From the human T2T-CHM13v2.0 reference genome, Homo sapiens: a stretch of DNA of 64,000 nucleotides. The translations under genes and the position numbers were made by a program. The stretch lies in NCBI RefSeq assembly GCF_009914755.1, contig NC_060937.1; one strand, 5' to 3'. Under the pieces are notes generated by a model. It saw only the letters and a program-made list of their open reading frames with translations. It had not been told where the DNA came from and searched no databases. Within the stretch, counting starts at the first letter, position 1. Each line of letters opens with the position of its first letter. Below, in pieces: positions 54,196-64,000 of the stretch.

Positions 54196-56211
54196 GATAT
54201 TATGGGACATTATGATATAAAGATAGTTCATAGGATTATGAGAAGTCATAGTGAAAACATTCTGCATGGCATGTCTCATTTTGTTGGTCACAATGGCAAT
54301 ATTTCTGAGGTTCTTCTGTCATTCAGAACCATTCAGTTCCTGAGGTTCATGCCAGGCACCTCCCTCTCCTCAAAAAGGGGGGTGGGGGGCGTGAAAAGAC
54401 AAAAGCAAATATCAGATGTTTTGACACAAGACCAACTTTATTCTAAAATCTGCATAGGCTTCTTTTTGGTGGTTGTGTTATCCTTTAAGTTATTTAATAA
54501 CAGATGTGATTGTGGATGATTTACTCTCAATATCTCATTACATCACTATCAAAACACATTTCAAAATGTATTTGGACATTTAGAATGTTTGCTATATTTC
54601 ACTTTATCCAAAATGTGTGAGCAAACTAATTTTCTCCATAGTCAAACTCTGCCCACTTTTTTCCTGCCCCCAAAATTTCTCTGGAATTCTCTCTTTCCCA
54701 CTAATCACAAGGCTCATTTAGTGTTTTGCAGGTGGCTGGACTGCACTGCTTGTTTGTTTGTTTTAGAAGTGAAACTAGGAAGCATTAATCAGATCTGAGG
54801 GTGTTTTATTTTGTGCATCGTTTTAAAAATGCAAATAAACTTGAAAGCTGACCAGTTGCCTGGAAAGTAGCAAAAATGAACAGGTGTTGAACAAAAGTAC
54901 TAAGAAAGAAAGCCCAGCACATGTTCTCAATCACTTTGCCGTGGTGAGAACCTGCAGGAAAGACGAGAACTACAGAAGGAGGACAAATACAAGAGAAAGA
55001 ATTATGCCAAGATCTTTAAATCAAATTCTTCTCATTAAGTTTTGCAAATATATTAAAAATTAACAGTGTATATCCCTAAAACAGAATCTTCATACTTTTA
55101 TGAAGTTTTTGCTTCATAAAATAAAGTTTTATTCTTTTCCAAAAGATACTGTCTAAATAGTTTGGAAACATGGCCAAAAATTTTAAAATGAATTTTTAGA
55201 CGTGGTTAAAATATTTGACCCTTAAGTATATTACAGGCACATTAAAATCCGTTGTACTCATTATGGGCATTAATGGACACTTCAGGTATGTGGACACATT
55301 TGCCTCACAAGAGAATACTAATAATGTACCAACAGGCCATTCAATTCCAGGATGTTGTATTTCATTATTTTTATATATAGTCAAATTGTTCTTTACAATT
55401 TTAAACATTTCTTTTCATGCTGTCATTATCAATTGAATTTTGTTTTACTAAAATGACTAAATAATTTTATTCGAGTAAGTAGAACCTATGGAAAAATTAT
55501 ATCTTTTGATCCTTTTCAGCTTTTCTTTTACAGGGGCAGTTTTAATTATTTGATTTTTCCATTGGTCAGAAGTATTAGATAATAGACATTTGATAATTTC
55601 CAGTGGGTCTCTGCTAAGACACTTCACAAAATGTATCTTCCCTCTGGTGTAGGTATGCCTGATGAACATTACAGGGAGGGATGTGGGATGCATTGGAAAT
55701 GTCCGCTTCCTTCGCACTGTCCTATGGTAAAGCCTCATTCCAGTGTGGTAGAGATCATTTTCATTTTATACTTCTTTCAAGTTACTTCCAAAGTAAACTC
55801 TTGAATTATGGCAGCTGTAACAGAATTTATATGTAGTAACATTAAGTTGTCAAGTTTTTTGAAAATGCACCTTTTCTGTTTTTACAAATAATTTGAATGA
55901 GAAATGTATATGGCCTGTGTAGAATTCAAGGCTATCCTTAAATTTCGTTGTATCAGGTTCATTCGTTTACCACACATTTTCATTTTTATTAAACTTTTCC
56001 ATTTCTATACAAGAACAAATTGTGAATAGAAGCTGTGTGGCATATTGCTTTGCTATGGTGGGAGAAAAGTGAAACAAGAACATGAGAGAAAAAAAGGCGG
56101 GAATAAATATGTGCACACAATATTTGTTGAATCAGAATCACTTTAAACCTGTTCATCATCACTCTGTCTGGGCAATAAATGATGTTGGAGACAAAAATGT
56201 AAAACTTGCTC

Positions 56212-56837
<626 letters not shown>

Positions 56838-59329
56838 CTTGCTCACATGTATGTGGATACCATCATTTCACAGTAGAGAGATATATTTCTGACATTTCTG
56901 AAATACAGTAAGTCTTATAAGAAAGCACAATTCTTCTAACAAAATGGCATATTATTACTGGAAAACCAAACACTAACTGTGGATGGTTTTCAAATTGTTT
57001 ATGTTAATGACCAAATCAGTTTCTTTCTTTTTTTTTTTTTTTGGCATTTAACAATTAATAGCGCTGAGGGCTGTATTGCTCTTTCAGTTTTGTATTTTGA
57101 GCTTTTTATTCTTGAACTCACACAGAAAGAGAAAACTAAAAGATAAATGATCATTCTCTTGTTAGTGGTTATCTCTCAGGTCCTAAGGATCCATTGCAAA
57201 GTAAGTGTTACTCACAGTTGGTCTTCATTTAAGTTAAAATCCCATTATACTATTTCCCAGTTTCTACTGAGGCACATATCTAAGGATTATTAATGTTCTC
57301 TCTGGTGATGTTTATGGATGCAGAAACAGGGAACAATTTGTCTCAATAAGAGAGACTAAGACTGTAGAATGATATTTGGGTATCTAAATATTTAAAATAC
57401 CTAATTGCTTATCTCTAAGTAATATATCCTCCCTTTAGGGAGGCTGCAGTGTGTGATGTTGAGCTACTGAAAAGGACATAATTTAATATTTTCATATGAA
57501 TGATCAAATGCAAAAGATAAAGCAGAGGTATGTATGTTTGATGAGAATAGCTATGAAAAAAACCTTAAAAACATAGAACGTGCTGAATAATTGAAAGTGG
57601 AACGAAAAATAATTTATTAACCCATGCTATTGAAAAATACAACCAAAATGTATTATCAAGGGATGTATATTAACCTATCATCTTTCTTTGACAACTTGGG
57701 TTTTGCTATTACCAAAAAGTAATCCTTTCAAAAACCTTATAATGTTCATAATGTGAATTTATAATGTAAATCATTTTGTTGGGATCAAGTATAGAATCTG
57801 ACCCTACAAGTGTTATGAACTTTTTGAAAAAAATCCTTTTTTTTATCCTTCTGTCATTGTTTTTCATTTTCCTTTTAAAATCAAGCATAAAAAGCCTCCT
57901 GTTCTTTTTGTAAGTTGATGGGCAAATTAATGTGGATTTCAATTAATTTTATTCTGATTAAGTAAAAGCATACTTTATAGTATGTATTCATATAAATATA
58001 ATTGGTAGATTGCTGAAATGTATATTATTTAAATAATAAATTAGCTAAAATTAAAATCTCTTTAAATAGGTTTCCTAGACTGATTTACTGTCATAATATA
58101 AATGACGAAATGTAATGAGTGATTCAAATTTCACTGATATAAAGTGACATCTGACAGTTAATACTGGGTTCCTGAAACTGCTGCTAAAATGTAATATGCA
58201 GTACAAATTTAGCATGGCTAAATTCAATACTAGTCTATGAAGATAACAGTACAACTGGGCAAATTAGGTAATTTTACCATGACAAAATTCTATAATTAGT
58301 TTTATAATTACATTTATTTACATGGTGAATTTTGATAACATTGACTAACTCGTTTTCAAGTCATCATCAAATTTTTTATAGAAGATAATATACAATTATA
58401 ATGAAATACTAGAATCATTTATAATCATTGGCTGTGGTTTTCATATTCTCATAGATACATTTACACAAATTTACCAATGTACTTTTACATATTTTTAATA
58501 AATATTTGAGGAACATCAACCATGTGCAAAAAAATATTAAGAACTGAGAAAAAAAATGTGTTGGGTGTTCTGTGGAAGGTGTTCATACTATTTATCTGTC
58601 ATCATGTGAAGAAAGAACATCACAGACATGAGCGCATAGTAAATAAAAACCAACGATAAATACTTTACCTGTGAAATTTGCCAGTGAAATAAATTTGCAG
58701 TAAAGTACAATGATTAAGAGACATATGACATGAAATTATGGCAAGAGTAGATTGAATCCTAGTTGGTAAATTTTGTTCACTTCAAGGCGAAGTTGGGAAA
58801 AATTAGTTGTATATCAGACTTAGTGAACAGATATTACATGCTTACCATTTGCCTGACACTTTGCTAGGAATTGTAGTTTTAAAACGTGAGAAAAATATGA
58901 TTATCTTTGAGTAACTTACAGACTAGCATGATAAATATACGCTTAAGAACTGTATATAATAATGTAATATAAGCAAATGTGTTATGCTGTGGGAGAAAAA
59001 TTTATTAATTCATAGGTTTGGCTCAACTGACTATACAATGAAATTCAGATTATATTAAACCACATAATATTTTCTTTTATGAGTTTACTCAATGAAAATA
59101 AGCATACATTCAGTATCTTTTCTCAGTCAGTCATGGTTCAAGACTGCCTATAGTAAGATGTCCTTCATCACAGTTCCTGGCCCCTCGCTAAAGATGGGAC
59201 ACTTGAAGAGGTGATTGAAAGGTGACAAAATTAAAGCTGATTTTAACAATTAACAGTAGTAGCAATGAAGAGTTTTAATAGTGTCCTTGCATTAAAAGAA
59301 ACTTCATCATCATCATCATTGTCAAAACT

Positions 59330-59520
59330 GGCATTTCTTGAAGGCCTACAGTAGGCTAAATACTACTTGTATTTATTTGTTTTATTTTTGCAACCCTTCT
59401 AGGGAAGAAAACTGAAGCATCTTTTTCTCTTCTCTTTGAAGAGAGGTCAAAAAAATTTCCTAAGGTTTTACACCAGAAGCAAAAGAATTGGGATTTAAAC
59501 ATAGATTTCTTAGATTATAA
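59330..59520 (-). mobile_element. MIR fragment
   Basis: 'gaagagaggtcaaaaaaatttcctaaggttttacacc...gaattgggatttaaacatagattt'. Confidence 0.5.
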
Positions 59521-59944
59521 AGACTGGAATGTTCCCTTTCTAAATTGTATTGTTTCCCATCTTTCTTTTTTGCCCATATGCTGTTCTCTAACATAATTAT
59601 TTTGAACAATGATAATATTGATGCAAAAATCTGAGGACTTATTCTGCGTGTCTTTATGTTTAGTTGCTATAAAAGAACTGTTAAAAAATTAGACTGGTGT
59701 TTTATTGCTGGTGAAGTATGTGCTCATTCCACTTGAATTTGAGAAACCTCGTCAACAGCACCACGTCAACCCCCAGCACACAAACATATACACACTCCCT
59801 GTCACCCTTTTCTTACTTTGTTCACTACTATTTCCTTAGTAGCTAAAAGACTGGGATTAGAGAATCAAAAATATTTTGGGATGGAAGGAAAGAAGAGAAG
59901 TGAAGGTAAGAATGAGTCCATAGAGAGCAATCAAAATCAAAGTC

Positions 59945-61445
<1,501 letters not shown>

Positions 61446-61589
61446 AAAATCAAAGTCCTGTTCACACACGATACTCTTAAATTCCTCTTCACACAGAGGA
61501 GAAATTGAACATAAAGCATAAGAATAGTAAGATGATCATGATGGTCTACCGTAGTTAGTCCCTCTGTTACTTATTGCTTATTAATTATC

Positions 61590-62095
61590 ACTTTTTGTGA
61601 TGGTTTTCTAATTCATCCTTCTAAATCAGGATAAGATTAACATGTATTAATCCCTCTATCAATATGCAGCCAGATTGGTCTTCTACCGTACATGTATGGC
61701 ACTGTCACTAACAGCTTAATGTTTACATTATATATATTTGTTATATGAGGCAAATCTTGATCTATCCTTGTGCAAATTTTCAGACCTATTTCCCGGCAGG
61801 CAGACAAAGTCAATGTATTTTCTAGCCTATTTCATTACCACCCCCCCCTCAACATTTCTTATTCTCTTTGTCTGAAACATACTCCTCTACTTTCATTGCA
61901 TAACAAATTTAACCTTCCAGGCACAGGTTGAAATTTATCTCTATGGAATACCTTCTCCAAGCTCCACAGTTAGAATGAGCCACAATTCCTTTTACACATT
62001 TCCTCTGGAATATTTGTAAAACTGCATTTTGATTATTTTAACATGTCGTCTACTACTAGACTTTGAACTCTTATAGAACTGTCTGAAACAGCACT
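61590..62095 (+). mobile_element. L2 fragments
   Basis: 'gcagccagattggtcttc', 'tctgaaacatactcctc', 'ctactagactttgaactctt'. Confidence 0.5.
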
Positions 62096-63439
62096 AGAGA
62101 CTGAAGAGTCCCCATAAAGGACATATGACTAAATTATGAAAGTATATGCCAAATCTGAGGACAGTGTCAAAATTAATGATGTTGCTGATATATTGTAGAT
62201 CTTTGACTTCAATATGGTGAAATATAGCTTTCATTATGTGCTTCAACTATGTTATTGCCAGATTTGGATGAGTATTAGTAAAAGCAATTTATTTTCATTG
62301 AGTTAGTGAGTCAATTCATAGGGCAACATAAGATTCTACTTTTTTTCCATCCAGAATTTTCACATGCCCTTTTCAATTCTAATTTTGATGGATAAAGTTG
62401 AAATAATTTTACCATATCTGGCTGTGCTCATGTCTTCAGCACACATCTAGCAAGGATATAATGTTTAGAGAAGCATTAAGCATACAGTAATTCTTTACAA
62501 AATCATACAGTCCTAGGAAAAGGAGCATAGTAAGTTAAAAAGTTTAAAAACAGCACGAAGAAATTTTATTAAAATTTAATAAAGGCTTTTTTTACAATAA
62601 ATTGTGTCCTGTATTTATTCTCTTAAAACATTATTTCATATCTTTCATATTATATTCTTCAGTGAGAACAATTGAATGCAAAACTAAAAAATCAATATGA
62701 TATTTTAACACAGGTATCCCATAGGTCAAATTCTGTGGGATTCAACTTGCAAGTCTTTGAAATTAAATAGATGTGCTCAAATATATTGGCTAATTGAATC
62801 TCCTCTACTTCTCCCTCTAGTTATATACATACTCAAAGAACGTGCTCTTCTGAAATCAGAAATATTTTTGAGAAACAATACCTGTAAACTTGGATTGTAG
62901 TGTCTGAAAGGATGATGGCAACATACACACTGATTAAATATAGAGATGGCCCACACCATTTATCTATGAATGATGATAGGAAGAAGATAGCTTCTTATTT
63001 TTAATTTATAAGTCTAAAACTTGAGTTCTAATATCTAACCTCTTAATGTGTATATAGATGCATTTGTAAAAGTTACCTTTAAATATTATAAAGCATTCCT
63101 TTTCTCCCATTTATTCTGAAAAACATTACCTTGGCAAGTTAAGCAAAAAAGTAAAGTCAACCTAAGCCATGTCTGAATAAGATCTTATTTTTGTTAGCAA
63201 TATTCATGCGTCAGTCTACTTTGTTATTTTATGTTATAATTGCCTGCTATGAAATGTCACCCTAATATCTATAAAAACATTTAAAATAAAAATTAAATTA
63301 TAGGGGGAATGACATTTTTATATATTTAAAATATGCATAAGCTATTTTCTCTCTACTTCATCCTACATTTAAAGTATAAAATCTTAAGCATTCATAGGGG
63401 AAGGAATAGTGAATGTCAAACAATCCAATTTATTTTTAA

Positions 63440-63890
63440 ACATGAGAAATGCATTACCAAGGACGAGAAGCTCTTTACTCACCAAGCCAACCTGTTCCAT
63501 TGTGGGCTTGATATTCTACTGTGGTTCTCCCTCTTTGAAAGATTTGTCTTTCAATACGTCAGGTTTTTCTCCTAATCTCCCTGTACAGGTTCTATTGAAT
63601 GCTATAAATGTGTTTACTATACTTCCTCAAGATGATCTTTTTAATATTGAAGGACACATAGACAAAACATAGCTCCTCCCACACTCCCACTCCCATCCCC
63701 AGCTTCCCAAGCCTTCCTCTTTTCCAGATATACCATATTCCTGGTTGCCACAGGAAATGGGGTCCAGATTGCTTTGCTACAAGTGTTCCTCCTTTGCACA
63801 CACTACACTCTAGATATGCGTCATTGAAAATTTGGTGCCCAGAATTGAATATAATACTTTATATATGATCTGGCCAATCTAATTTAAGGT
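63440..63890 (-). mobile_element. L3/CR1 fragment
   Basis: 'aagccaacctgttccattgt' and 'ttggtgcccagaattgaatataatactt', resembling the antisense CR1/L3 3' region. Confidence 0.55.
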
Positions 63891-63906
63891 CAATCACATC
63901 ATTACA

Positions 63907-64000
63907 TTTCTTCTTTTTCTTTTCGTTTCTTTTTTTTTTTTTCTTTCTTTCTTTTTTTTTTTTTTATGAGATAGCGTCTCACTGTGTTAGCCAGGCTAGA
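63907..64000 (-). mobile_element. Alu 3' end (cut off by the window edge)
   Basis: T-rich tail then 'gagatagcgtctcactgtgttagccaggctaga'. Confidence 0.85.

Overview
Human genomic DNA. It is AT-rich, CpG-depleted and dense in repeats, and it carries a perfect human-specific AluYg6. I find no recognisable protein-coding exon, RNA gene or processed pseudogene, so it looks like a large intron or intergenic region, and I cannot name the locus. Most ORFs in the supplied track come from Alu, L1 ORF2 remnants or simple repeats. The window holds about 17 Alu/FLAM copies, five L1 pieces, four LTRs (MLT1, MER52, MLT1A-like, THE1), DNA transposon fossils (MER2, MER44, MER82-like, MER5, half a MADE1), and MIR, L2 and L3 fragments. 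The L1 pieces include a young L1PA2/3 with a twin-priming 5' inversion. The most interesting signals are: an AP-1 cluster with a perfect ETS/AP-1 composite site (20.6-22.8 kb), a CpG-retaining domain (25.1-29.8 kb), a promoter/enhancer-like unique block (50.1-50.9 kb), two clean fold-back inverted repeats (20173-20208 and 40042-40132), two very young and possibly polymorphic Alu insertions, and several insertion junctions that record their mechanism. I see no convincing evidence of a new biological system. Repeat subfamily calls come from my recall of consensus sequences, and boundaries of old repeats are approximate.
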